Assembly (NCBI GenBank): GCA_963674825.1
Contig: OY771587.1
Coordinates: 3,584,001 to 3,648,000 of the forward strand
Reading direction: 5' to 3'
DNA length: 64,000 bases
DNA from: Candidatus Cloacimonadales bacterium
GTDB taxonomy: Bacteria > Cloacimonadota > Cloacimonadia > Cloacimonadales > JAIOQZ01
Below, in pieces: positions 19,892 to 29,071 of this stretch. The notes under the pieces were generated by a model. It was not told where the DNA came from. It worked only from the letters and a program-made list of their open reading frames with translations, and did not search any database. The position numbers were made by a program, and so were the translations under genes. The first letter of the stretch is position 1. Each line of letters opens with the position of its first letter.

Positions 19892-22747
19892 CTATTTTAT
19901 ATCCCACCTTACACTGAACAGCACCTCTTTCGAGGTCTGCTGAACCAGTTTATTCTCGATTTCTTTGATGAAATTGTCGCGTTTCCGATCGATATCATCC
20001 TGTGCATCAAACAGCGACCTTCTCTTCTGGCTTCTTTGGGTTTCGAGAGCCCGGAGCTTTCGCTGCCCTTCGAGCTTTTCTTCAAGGGTTGGCGAAAGGG
20101 TCGTTGCACGGCGCACTTCTCTGATTTCCCTGTCGATATCCTTGATATCCCTTTCGAGCTCGGATTTCAGGTCTTCCGCCCATTCGTCCAGCTTCATTGC
20201 CTCGGTATCGTAGAACTGGGTATTCCTTTTCTCAACCTCTTTCTGTATAGCTTCATACCGTCCCGTGAGGCGTTCGTGGCAGAACTCATCAAAGAGGATT
20301 TCGGTCAAATCCTGCACCATTGTGGCGGGGACGTCGAACATTCTTCGGGCAATTTCCGGATCAATGATTTCTCCGGCATCCGTGCAGCAATCGAGAACGA
20401 TGTATTCTTCTGTCACATTCATAGATTCGATTGTGAATAGCACTGCTCGCAGTACACCTGACCACCCGATGTAAGGTTCGAGAGACGTGATTTTACCCTC
20501 ATACTCGCTGAGGTGGAAGGAAATGGACGCTGGTTGTAATTCGCGCCTTGTTGCCCTTTTCAGAAGGTATTGCGCCATCGGATGTGAGGGTCTGTATAGC
20601 ATCGCATGACCGGATCTCCGCGGTAATTCGTACAAACCCAAGTCGAATTGTTTGCCGTCCGGATTTGAAAGCAATGTGAAGGATGACTCCGAGTTGAATT
20701 GCGCATGATCGCCCAATTCGATTTTCGTGAACCGTATCAGAAGCTTTTCGAACTTCGACAGGCATTCATTGGATCTTTTATCCCGGACTCGTAGCTTCTC
20801 CCTGACTTCATCGTCGAAGTTTTCCATCAACTTCTGACTCGTCTGCGTCATTTCATCATCGATTTCCTGGGACATCTCTTCACGGAGCTTAGCAAACGCT
20901 TGCTCGATCTCTTCCTCCGTTCTGCATTTCTGATAGATATCCACAATCCGTTTCTCGAAATCTACACCCGACTCAATTGAGCCAAGAACCTCGTCGCTCG
21001 ATCCGAATACACCTTCGAACAGCTTGAATTTCTCGGAGAGCAGTTCGAATACACGCTTATCAGCGGCGTTCTTGGTATTCAAAAAATTGACCACGACAAC
21101 ATCATGCTTCTGACCATAGCGATGGCAGCGACCGATCCTCTGTTCTACGCGCTGAGGATTCCAAGGCAGATCATAATTCACCACCAATGAGCAAAACTGC
21201 AAGTTGATACCCTCTGCACCGGCTTCGGTTGCAATCATGATTTTCCCTTCATCACGAAAATAATCTACGATTGCTGAGCGTTTGTCCGCTGTTCGACTCC
21301 CCGTAACTCGATCAGTACCTTTGTTTTTCTCTTTCCAATCCTGATAGATTGTCTTCGATCGTTCATCGTTGTTGGACCCGTTGAATAGAACGATTCCTTC
21401 AGAAAACGGGCTATTGGAAAGCAAATCGACCAAATAATTCTGCGTTCTTTTCGATTCGGTAAAGATGATTGCCTTCTGAGGTGCTCCAAATTCTTCAGCA
21501 TACTCAAACGCCCGTTGCAATACTTGAAGTAGGGATTGACCTTTTTCATTGATTTTGATCGATTCTGCCAAGTCACGGTATTCTCCTAGATCATCAATCT
21601 CCTTCTTGAGTGCAATGATATCGGAATCCGTTAGAACTTCATCCTGGGAATCCTCTTCCCATTCATCAGACTCTTCTGTGTATGATTCGAAATCTTCGGA
21701 CAATTCCTGAGCAATGATGTCCTGTGCTTCTTCGTGCCGATTCAACTTAGATAGAAGACGCTTTCTCATCGTATCCAGTGCACCGGCAATCGCGTAGGAT
21801 GAAGAAGCTAGTTGCTTCCTTAAAACCAGGATGATAAGTGTTCGTTGGCTGTTTGGTAAAGCCTGAAGGTTTTCTCGTCGTAGATACTCAGAAACGAGAT
21901 CATACAGCCTCATCTCTGTTTCGCTTGGTGTGAATTCTTGAAGCATGGGGTGCCGTTTGGTGTATTTGATATAAGGCTCCACCTGCCTGCGAAGTGTGCG
22001 ATGGCAGAATGGCTTGATTCGCAAACGCAGATGTTCGAATACTCCTTTGTCTCTTACCTTGGCATACCTGTCACGGAAGCTTCTGACGTCTCCAAATGCC
22101 TGGTCATCCAGAATACTTATCAATCCGTACAGTTCAAGGAGTGAGTTTTGCAAAGGTGTTGCTGTTAATAGTAATTTCTGACTACTTCGCAGAGTGTTTT
22201 TCAGCACGTTTCCGATCACGTTTGATGGTTTGTAAACATTGCGAAGTCTGTGCGCTTCGTCAATTACAACGAGATCCCATGGTATGCTTCGAACATCTTC
22301 AGCCTTCGACTTCGCGAAATGATAAGAACAAATGATGATCTTATCACTGCTGAATGGATTGATATTGCGCTTCTTCAGTATCTGGTTGTAGGTTTTTGAT
22401 TCTAAGATGGAAGAATCCAGGAAGAATTTATCCGCCAGCTCCTGGTACCACTGCTTCCTGAGATTTGCCGGTGTGATGATCAGGATTTTCCTCTTTCGCT
22501 CAGCCCATCGTTGAGAAATAACAAGCCCAGCCTCAATCGTTTTTCCCAAACCCACTTCATCGGCTAAGATTACACCTTTTGTGAGTGGAGAATGAAAAGG
22601 GAATAACGCGGCATCTATCTGGTGTGGATTCAGGTCGATCGTGGCATCAGCCAGAGTTCCTGTCATTTTCTCGAGACTATCAGATGCATATTGGCGCATC
22701 AACTCAGTAGCAAAAAGCTTGGAATGGTATTTCGTCTGTGCTTCCAT
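19892..22747 (-). CDS. SNF2-family helicase with C-terminal coiled coil
   Basis: LADEVGLGKT, VIDEAH, LLTATPLQNS, TEAGAEGINLQ, YDLPWNPQRVEQRIGRCHRYGQ. Confidence 0.93.
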   Translation of the reverse strand: MEAQTKYHSKLFATELMRQYASDSLEKMTGTLADATIDLNPHQIDAALFPFHSPLTKGVILADEVGLGKTIEAGLVISQRWAERKRKILIITPANLRKQWYQELADKFFLDSSILESKTYNQILKKRNINPFSSDKIIICSYHFAKSKAEDVRSIPWDLVVIDEAHRLRNVYKPSNVIGNVLKNTLRSSQKLLLTATPLQNSLLELYGLISILDDQAFGDVRSFRDRYAKVRDKGVFEHLRLRIKPFCHRTLRRQVEPYIKYTKRHPMLQEFTPSETEMRLYDLVSEYLRRENLQALPNSQRTLIILVLRKQLASSSYAIAGALDTMRKRLLSKLNRHEEAQDIIAQELSEDFESYTEESDEWEEDSQDEVLTDSDIIALKKEIDDLGEYRDLAESIKINEKGQSLLQVLQRAFEYAEEFGAPQKAIIFTESKRTQNYLVDLLSNSPFSEGIVLFNGSNNDERSKTIYQDWKEKNKGTDRVTGSRTADKRSAIVDYFRDEGKIMIATEAGAEGINLQFCSLVVNYDLPWNPQRVEQRIGRCHRYGQKHDVVVVNFLNTKNAADKRVFELLSEKFKLFEGVFGSSDEVLGSIESGVDFEKRIVDIYQKCRTEEEIEQAFAKLREEMSQEIDDEMTQTSQKLMENFDDEVREKLRVRDKRSNECLSKFEKLLIRFTKIELGDHAQFNSESSFTLLSNPDGKQFDLGLYELPRRSGHAMLYRPSHPMAQYLLKRATRRELQPASISFHLSEYEGKITSLEPYIGWSGVLRAVLFTIESMNVTEEYIVLDCCTDAGEIIDPEIARRMFDVPATMVQDLTEILFDEFCHERLTGRYEAIQKEVEKRNTQFYDTEAMKLDEWAEDLKSELERDIKDIDREIREVRRATTLSPTLEEKLEGQRKLRALETQRSQKRRSLFDAQDDIDRKRDNFIKEIENKLVQQTSKEVLFSVRWDIK

Positions 22748-22931
22748 CCAATATCCTTATCGGTTAATCTGGATCGTTAATCAAGCAATTCGGACATAAT
22801 CATTAGAGGCAAGCAATTGTTAACCAATAGGAATTTTTGGATTGTTCTTGTCAATCTTATATCTTTTTCTGAACTTGATCGCTGTATATAAATGAATAAT
22901 GTGAAGTTGTTCAAAGTGCTTCTACACACCA

Positions 22932-23081
22932 CTCTTCCCTACCTCACGAACCACCAACATTCACAACAATGCACAGACATTCACAGGCTGTTTGTCAGTC
23001 ATTTGTCAGTCGGGTTGTTTTGGTAGGGGCTATCCTGTTATGGTTGTGTAGATTGCGAAAAGCGCTGTTTGGCTTCTAAGG
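22932..23081. repeat. Right att-arm copy 1, ending at core CTAAGG
   Basis: About 150-bp imperfect direct repeat of 39586-39737, including TTTGTCAGTCATTTGTCAGTC and CGCTGTTTGGCTTCTAAGG. Confidence 0.85.
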
Positions 23082-23184
23082 GATATGGCGTGTTATTACA
23101 CAGCATTATTTCATAGACCAGAGAACAGAGATCATCCACATGCATTGAAAACGATAGGATACAATGGTTCGCCACGAAATCGTG

Positions 23185-23211
23185 AATATTTTCCGATAAA
23201 CAGAAAATATT
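23185..23211. promoter_or_regulatory. Candidate upstream activator sequence (9-bp inverted repeat)
   Basis: AATATTTTC-N9-GAAAATATT about 120 bp upstream of the predicted sigma-54 start; AATCGTGAA direct repeats at 23178 and 23221. Confidence 0.45.
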
Positions 23212-23290
23212 TCTTGCCATAATCGTGAAAGCTTTTATGCTTTGGGCATAACCTGCTGATAAATAGTCATTAAAAGGGATGACTGATCAG

Positions 23291-23306
23291 TGGCACATTT
23301 CATGCA
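23291..23306 (+). promoter_or_regulatory. Sigma-54 (-24/-12) promoter
   Basis: TGGCACATTTCATGCA has exact GG-N10-GC spacing, lies 21 bp before the first gene, and the operon encodes a sigma-54 activator. Confidence 0.75.
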
Positions 23307-23327
23307 TTTCATATTTGCGAGGTTATC

Positions 23328-23690
23328 ATGAAGAAATTTCTGATTGTCGATGATCAAGTTCTATATTTGAAGTCGCTGAAAGCTTTGTTCTCGAAGAACT
23401 ATAAGGTTGTAACGGCTTCTTCTTATGATGAAGCGATTGAGCAGTTACAGAATCCTGTTGATATCGCATTGATCGATATACGCCTTGATGAGGACGACGA
23501 GAATAATGCTGATGGGCTGAAATTGCTGAAGTGGATTCAGCAAAACAGCCCGTCAATCTCGTGCTTTACCATGAGTGCATACACGGATTTCGGATACACA
23601 GAGAAAGCGCTTTCATCAGGAGCCAGGTATTTCTTCAGGAAACCCATCGATATAAAAACGCTGACAGATATCATCAAGGAAAAGGGATAA
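23328..23690 (+). CDS. Stand-alone response regulator receiver
   Basis: LIVDD, ALIDIRL (phospho-Asp), MSAY, FRKP. Confidence 0.92.
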   Translation: MKKFLIVDDQVLYLKSLKALFSKNYKVVTASSYDEAIEQLQNPVDIALIDIRLDEDDENNADGLKLLKWIQQNSPSISCFTMSAYTDFGYTEKALSSGARYFFRKPIDIKTLTDIIKEKG

Positions 23691-24559
23691 TGCTACAACA
23701 GCTGTTGGTGAATGGTTTTATCCTTGGGTCTGTCTATTCGATGATGGCTTTAGGATTTGCTCTGATTTACAATACGACTCACATTTTCCATATTGCATAT
23801 GCAGGTGTATATATTGTCAGTCCATACCTTTTCATGGCTTGTGTGGCCATGGTTGGGCTTAATCCTGTCTTATCGTTTGTTATCGCTCTCCTCCTGTCTG
23901 TCATCGTAAGCCTGTCAATAGAACGAATCGCGTATTATCCTCTTGAAAAACGACGCAGTCCATCGACAGTTATCATGATCAGTTCATTGGCGTGTATGAC
24001 AATCATTATCAATGTGATTGCTATGATCTTCGGAAATGAAACCAAAATCATCAATTCCTCGATATCGGGTTCGCTGGTAATCAATGACTTGATTATCACG
24101 CGCCCTCAGTATATTCAGCTGTCAGTATCATTATTCATCATTGCAGGAATTATTGCGCTGATCAACAGAACTGGGATCGGGATTGCGACGCGCGCGCTCA
24201 GTAATAATAAATTACTCTGTCAGGTGATGGGGTTAAAGGTTTATCGCTTTCGCTTGCTCTTGTTTGCTTTAAGCGGATTTATTGCAGCCGTTGGTGGGTT
24301 ACTGATTGCTTATGATGTCGGGATTGATCCTTATGTTGGTATGTCGATGCTGCTCGTATCAATCGTAGCGGTGATTATCGGCGGAGTTGGAAACTTCTAT
24401 GGTCCAATTCTGGGCGGTTTTATTCTTGGGATTCTTCAGGCTTTGACGATTGGGTTTTTCTCTTCACGTTGGCAAAATGTGGTTACGTTTGCCCTGCTGA
24501 TTATCTTCTTGCTTCTCAGACCTCAGGGTTTGCTTGGTGAGAAGCAGAGGATGGCCTGA
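23690..24559 (+). CDS. livH: Branched-chain amino acid ABC permease (LivH-like)
   Basis: LVNGFILGSVYSMMALGFALIY, VIIGGVGN, LLRPQGLLG; TAATG coupling. Confidence 0.88.
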   Translation: MLQQLLVNGFILGSVYSMMALGFALIYNTTHIFHIAYAGVYIVSPYLFMACVAMVGLNPVLSFVIALLLSVIVSLSIERIAYYPLEKRRSPSTVIMISSLACMTIIINVIAMIFGNETKIINSSISGSLVINDLIITRPQYIQLSVSLFIIAGIIALINRTGIGIATRALSNNKLLCQVMGLKVYRFRLLLFALSGFIAAVGGLLIAYDVGIDPYVGMSMLLVSIVAVIIGGVGNFYGPILGGFILGILQALTIGFFSSRWQNVVTFALLIIFLLLRPQGLLGEKQRMA

Positions 24560-25431
24560 TGAACTACGTCATGCATCTTGTGGTGATGATCAACATCTAC
24601 ATCGTTCTGACCACGAGTTCAAATCTACTTGTGGGCATGACGAATCTCCTTTCACTCGGACAGGCAGCTTTCTATGGTTTGGGTGCATATTTTGTTGTGT
24701 TGGGTCTCGTTGTGCTGCATCTTCCGTTTTTACCGACTCTATTGCTTGCCATGCTTTTAAATGCAGGCTTCGGGTTGTTGCTCGCATTGCCTTCGATACG
24801 TCTTAAGGGCGATTACTTTGTTTTTGCTACTCTGGGATTTCAGCTGATAACTTACACGATATTGTATAACTGGGTTTCGCTAACTCGTGGTCCTTATGGC
24901 GTTCCTGGAATACCTGCCCCAAAACTGCTGGGCGTGCTGGAGATATCCGGGCTTGTTCAATACTGTATTTTGAGTCTTGTATTGGCATTTCTGGTGATTT
25001 TGGTTTTCAATCGGCTGATAAAATCTCCATTTGGCCGAGTATTGAAGGGTATAAGGGAAGACGAGTTATCTGTTTTATCACTCGGTCGAAACGTGACGAT
25101 GTATAAGATTGAAGTATTTGTTATCACCTGTGCATTCATCACGATATCTGGTTTTTTGTATGCAACATACGTTACCTACATTGATCCAACAAGCTTTACG
25201 CTTGATGAATCGATTTTTATCCTTTCGGCTCTGCTTATCGGTGGAACGGGCAATCTGAAAGGGCCTATCGTCGGTGCAGTTTTTGTTGTCCTTCTTCCTG
25301 AGGTGATTCGGTTTCTCGGCTTACCCGAAGGAATCGCGGCCAATCTCAGGCAGATCATTTATGGATTCTTCCTGTTGGTGTTGATGTACTTCAGACCGCA
25401 AGGTATAGCTGGAAATTATCAGGTGAAATGA
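24559..25431 (+). CDS. livM: Branched-chain amino acid ABC permease (LivM-like)
   Basis: LSLGQAAFYGLGAY, RLKGDYF, SPFGRVLKGIREDE, FRPQGI. Confidence 0.9.
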   Translation: MNYVMHLVVMINIYIVLTTSSNLLVGMTNLLSLGQAAFYGLGAYFVVLGLVVLHLPFLPTLLLAMLLNAGFGLLLALPSIRLKGDYFVFATLGFQLITYTILYNWVSLTRGPYGVPGIPAPKLLGVLEISGLVQYCILSLVLAFLVILVFNRLIKSPFGRVLKGIREDELSVLSLGRNVTMYKIEVFVITCAFITISGFLYATYVTYIDPTSFTLDESIFILSALLIGGTGNLKGPIVGAVFVVLLPEVIRFLGLPEGIAANLRQIIYGFFLLVLMYFRPQGIAGNYQVK

Positions 25432-26267
25432 TGAACGAAGATATACTGCAAATCCAGGATTTGTCGAAGGCTTACAGCCGTCAGGTTGTCAATATCGATG
25501 GTGTCGAGACAAACGAGCGATACAATATCATTTTCGATCTGGATCTTGATATCCCTCAGAATACAATAACTGCGCTAATTGGAGGAAACGGAGCGGGTAA
25601 GACAACTCTATTCAACATTATAAGTGGAATAACAGAAGCGGATAGCGGCTCAATCATGTATTGCACAAAGAACCAGAACAGCTGGATCAGCCTGCTGAAT
25701 CAACCCCCTCACAGGATGAAAAAGATCGGTATTGGACGTCTTTTTCAAGATAATCACATATTTCTTCAAATGTCCGTCCTTGAAAACATGATGATCGCAG
25801 ATAGCAATGAATGGGGAGAGATGCCATTTGTATCCTTATTCAATCGTAAAAAAAACAGGGAAATCGAGCAATTTCGCATGAAGAAGGCTAAGGACACATT
25901 TGAGTTGTTGTTTGGCAGAGACAATCCGTTCTGGCAGAAAAGAGATGATCTCGCTTCAACATTGTCCTATGGTCAGCAACGGCTTCTGGGACTTGCTCGT
26001 TTGTTGATGGGAAAATACCGGCTCGTCTTGTTGGATGAGCCTACGTCCGGTGTTAATCCCATGCTGGCAAATACGATATGCTCTGTTATCAAGAAGATGG
26101 TCGATGAGGAAGGAATCACCGTGTTCCTGATCGAGCATAACATGAAGATCGTGGAAGAAATAGCTGATTATTGCAGCTTCATGAGCCACGGGAAAATAAC
26201 TGCCTTTGGTTATCCGAGAGATGTCATCGGTGATGAAACCGTACGGAAAACGTATCTGGGGATGTGA
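25428..26267 (+). CDS. livG: ABC ATP-binding protein (LivG-like)
   Basis: GGNGAGKTT, LSYGQQR, LLDEPTSG, IEHNM, KTYLG. Confidence 0.88.
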   Translation: MMNEDILQIQDLSKAYSRQVVNIDGVETNERYNIIFDLDLDIPQNTITALIGGNGAGKTTLFNIISGITEADSGSIMYCTKNQNSWISLLNQPPHRMKKIGIGRLFQDNHIFLQMSVLENMMIADSNEWGEMPFVSLFNRKKNREIEQFRMKKAKDTFELLFGRDNPFWQKRDDLASTLSYGQQRLLGLARLLMGKYRLVLLDEPTSGVNPMLANTICSVIKKMVDEEGITVFLIEHNMKIVEEIADYCSFMSHGKITAFGYPRDVIGDETVRKTYLGM

Positions 26268-26974
26268 TGATGGATGCTAAGAACGTGATGAAAATCCGTG
26301 ATCTTTACGCTGGATACGTAAAAGGTAACCATATTCTTCAGGGCGTGAATCTGGATGTTCATGAGAATGAGATCATCGCGATCGTCGGCCAGAACGGAGC
26401 AGGGAAATCGACCCTCGCGAAGGCGATTATGGGTTTTATTCCTGAACGCTCCGGAGCGATCGAGTTAATGTCTCATGCTGCTCCTCACAAGGATATCGTT
26501 GGGGCCATCGGCTTTCTGATGCAAAACGACAATGTTTTCGACAACATGACGATATCCGAAAACTTGCGTTTCGCGGGTAGAAAGCTTGACAAAAACGCTT
26601 TCACAAACGAATTGAATACTGTTCGGGAGCTTTTCGACGTGCTGCTAAAAGATGGTTATGCACGTCGCAAGGCATCCTATCTAAGTGGCGGAGAGAAGCA
26701 TCAACTTGCACTCGCAATGGTTATGCTTCAAAATCCTGCACTCTACGTCTTGGACGAGCCATCTGCCGGTCTTTCACCCGACAACCGGAAGAAGATATTC
26801 GCGAGCATCCGTGAGTTGCGCTCCCTGTCCGGGAAAAGCATTATCCTGATCGAACAGAACGTCAACGAAGCGATCAAAATCGCCGACCGCGTCGCTCTGC
26901 TTAAGCTTGGTAAAATCGATAAAATAGAATACACAAACAAAATACAAAACATTGATGAGTTCTTCTGGAAATAG
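26267..26974 (+). CDS. livF: ABC ATP-binding protein (LivF-like)
   Basis: GQNGAGKST, LSGGEK, LDEPSAGLSP, IEQNV. Confidence 0.88.
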   Translation: MMDAKNVMKIRDLYAGYVKGNHILQGVNLDVHENEIIAIVGQNGAGKSTLAKAIMGFIPERSGAIELMSHAAPHKDIVGAIGFLMQNDNVFDNMTISENLRFAGRKLDKNAFTNELNTVRELFDVLLKDGYARRKASYLSGGEKHQLALAMVMLQNPALYVLDEPSAGLSPDNRKKIFASIRELRSLSGKSIILIEQNVNEAIKIADRVALLKLGKIDKIEYTNKIQNIDEFFWK

Positions 26975-26993
26975 GACCCATCAAGGAGGAAAA

Positions 26994-28154
26994 ATGAGAA
27001 ACAAAACTATTGTTTCAATTCTCGCAATACTTTTCTTGGTAGCGTTGTTTGCAGGATGCGCGAAGAAGGAACCCAAGATTACGGTTGCATGTAATCTGCC
27101 ATTAACGGGTGATTTTGCTACATACGGTACAGCAATACAGAACGGTGCGATGCTGGCGCTTGATGATCTGGAAAAAGAAAACCCTGAATTACGTAATCGA
27201 ATAGAATTTCTTTGGGGCGATAATGCTGGAAAGGCAAACCAGACAGTTAACCTTCTCAATCAGCAATTGATGCAAAATCCAGATATCTACGTATCCGGAG
27301 TGAAGCCACAGACGATGGCGATTTTCGATAAATTGCACGAAATGGGATTACCGCATTTTGTGTGGATCTTTGATGCATTTATCACTCAGAAAGGCGATGA
27401 TGTGTTTAGAACATGGGTGAATTATAAATATGAGCCGAAAATGTATCTGAATTATGCTAAGCAATTTCTTGATGATAAGCTTAATGTGGAGGCTAGACAA
27501 TCACCGAGATTGGCAATTATTTACGTAAATTTCCCGCATGTATTGGAAGAGGTTGAGGAAATAATGAAGCCAGAACTTCAGGAAATGGGAATTAACGGAG
27601 ACAATCTATTCATCGAGAACTATAACTGGGAAGAAAAAGATTTCAAAAACATTGTTACAAAGCTTTCGAAGTTCAATCCTGATCTCATCATCATTAACGG
27701 TTTCCAGGGGAATCTTGTTGGATTGACAAAAGCCTTGAGGACATATCGCATGATAAAGGACGGGAATGTTATCGCAACATATGATATGCTTGATGCAGCT
27801 GAGATACTCACACCGGATGAACTTGAAGGTATTCGCGTTGTTGTTCCTGCTTACAACGTTGATAACTCAAAACAATTGGAAGATTGGAAGAGTGATTATT
27901 CGGAGAAGTATGGAAAATCACCGCTGTATACAGATGCCTATGCTTATGATATGGCTATGATTATATCCGACGCTATTTCCCGGACTGAAATGCCTTACTC
28001 CAAGGAGAAGTGGTGCTCAGCAATAATGGAAACCGATATAGAGGGACTTACCGGTAGATTGAAGTTTGATGACACTGGAGATCTTCTGCTCTCATTAAAG
28101 ATTGCTGTGTTTAAAGATGGCAATCTTGTTGAAGATGTTTCAATCAAGCAATAG
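26994..28154 (+). CDS. ABC substrate-binding lipoprotein (Leu/Ile/Val-binding, type 1 periplasmic fold)
   Basis: Lipobox FAGC, LPLTGDFATYG, YAYD, EGLTGRLKFDDTGD; AAGGAGG RBS. Confidence 0.88.
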   Translation: MRNKTIVSILAILFLVALFAGCAKKEPKITVACNLPLTGDFATYGTAIQNGAMLALDDLEKENPELRNRIEFLWGDNAGKANQTVNLLNQQLMQNPDIYVSGVKPQTMAIFDKLHEMGLPHFVWIFDAFITQKGDDVFRTWVNYKYEPKMYLNYAKQFLDDKLNVEARQSPRLAIIYVNFPHVLEEVEEIMKPELQEMGINGDNLFIENYNWEEKDFKNIVTKLSKFNPDLIIINGFQGNLVGLTKALRTYRMIKDGNVIATYDMLDAAEILTPDELEGIRVVVPAYNVDNSKQLEDWKSDYSEKYGKSPLYTDAYAYDMAMIISDAISRTEMPYSKEKWCSAIMETDIEGLTGRLKFDDTGDLLLSLKIAVFKDGNLVEDVSIKQ

Positions 28155-28167
28155 TGCGGAGGCATGT

Positions 28168-29058
28168 TTGAAAGCCCATGACATAACAATGTTCGATGAT
28201 TATGTGGAGTTTGACTCTATAAAATTGAAGGTTGATCCCGTCAATCGTAAGTGTCCGGTAAAACATGACAATGTTATGGCCATCTTTTTTGAGGAGCAGC
28301 CCATCATGTGGCTGCTCCTTAAGGAGAAAATCGAAAACAAATTGCAAGAATTAGGTCATGTCAAAGAAGCAGTTGATTTTCTTGATGTCGGTTGTGGTTC
28401 AGGTTTTTGGGGGGTGATGCTTCGAAAGCATTTCAATTGCTCTGTTATTGCGTTAGACAAACTGGAAAGAGCTGTGAGGCTATGCAGAGAGAATGCAAAG
28501 CTGAACAATGTCACATTGCATGTTGTTCATAGCACTTATGAACAATGGGCACAGGGACATAGCAAAGCAAAAATTATTGGTTTATATCCTCCATATCATA
28601 TATATCCTCCAGCTACAGAAGATATGATACCTTTTCACGCAAGGGGTGGATCAAATGGAACAGAAGAATTCTATTCTCAGTTAAAAATTTCTTCAGATGT
28701 GTTGGTTGAAGATGGTATGGTGATTTTCAACATGATGTCAATAGGGGATGAGGCTGGTCCAGAGTATGTAAAAAGATACAAGGAATTATTGGGTCGGAAT
28801 GCCTCTCTTTCATATACAAATATATTTCAGCCCTTAGACACAAGTTATTTTTTAAGAAAACTTTACGGTCGGAATCACATGGAGTTTCAAGTGCGTATTG
28901 CCCAGGGGTTTCCGAAAATATATTACACAATTGGCACGATAACGAATGATAATAGGGGGCAAGTTACGTGTGAACCATTAAAAATTGATTTGACAACAAG
29001 AAGTTGGGCTGATCGAATTGCTTTACATAAGGAGATAAATTCACATGTCTCCTTGTAA
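28168..29058 (+). CDS. Class I SAM-dependent methyltransferase, HemK/PrmC-like
   Basis: Motif I FLDVGCGSG, motif IV LYPPY (NPPY-like), ARGGSNGTEEFY; TTG start after GGAGG (alternative ATG at 28189). Confidence 0.8.
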   Translation: MKAHDITMFDDYVEFDSIKLKVDPVNRKCPVKHDNVMAIFFEEQPIMWLLLKEKIENKLQELGHVKEAVDFLDVGCGSGFWGVMLRKHFNCSVIALDKLERAVRLCRENAKLNNVTLHVVHSTYEQWAQGHSKAKIIGLYPPYHIYPPATEDMIPFHARGGSNGTEEFYSQLKISSDVLVEDGMVIFNMMSIGDEAGPEYVKRYKELLGRNASLSYTNIFQPLDTSYFLRKLYGRNHMEFQVRIAQGFPKIYYTIGTITNDNRGQVTCEPLKIDLTTRSWADRIALHKEINSHVSL

Positions 29059-29071
29059 AGGAGTATTGACT

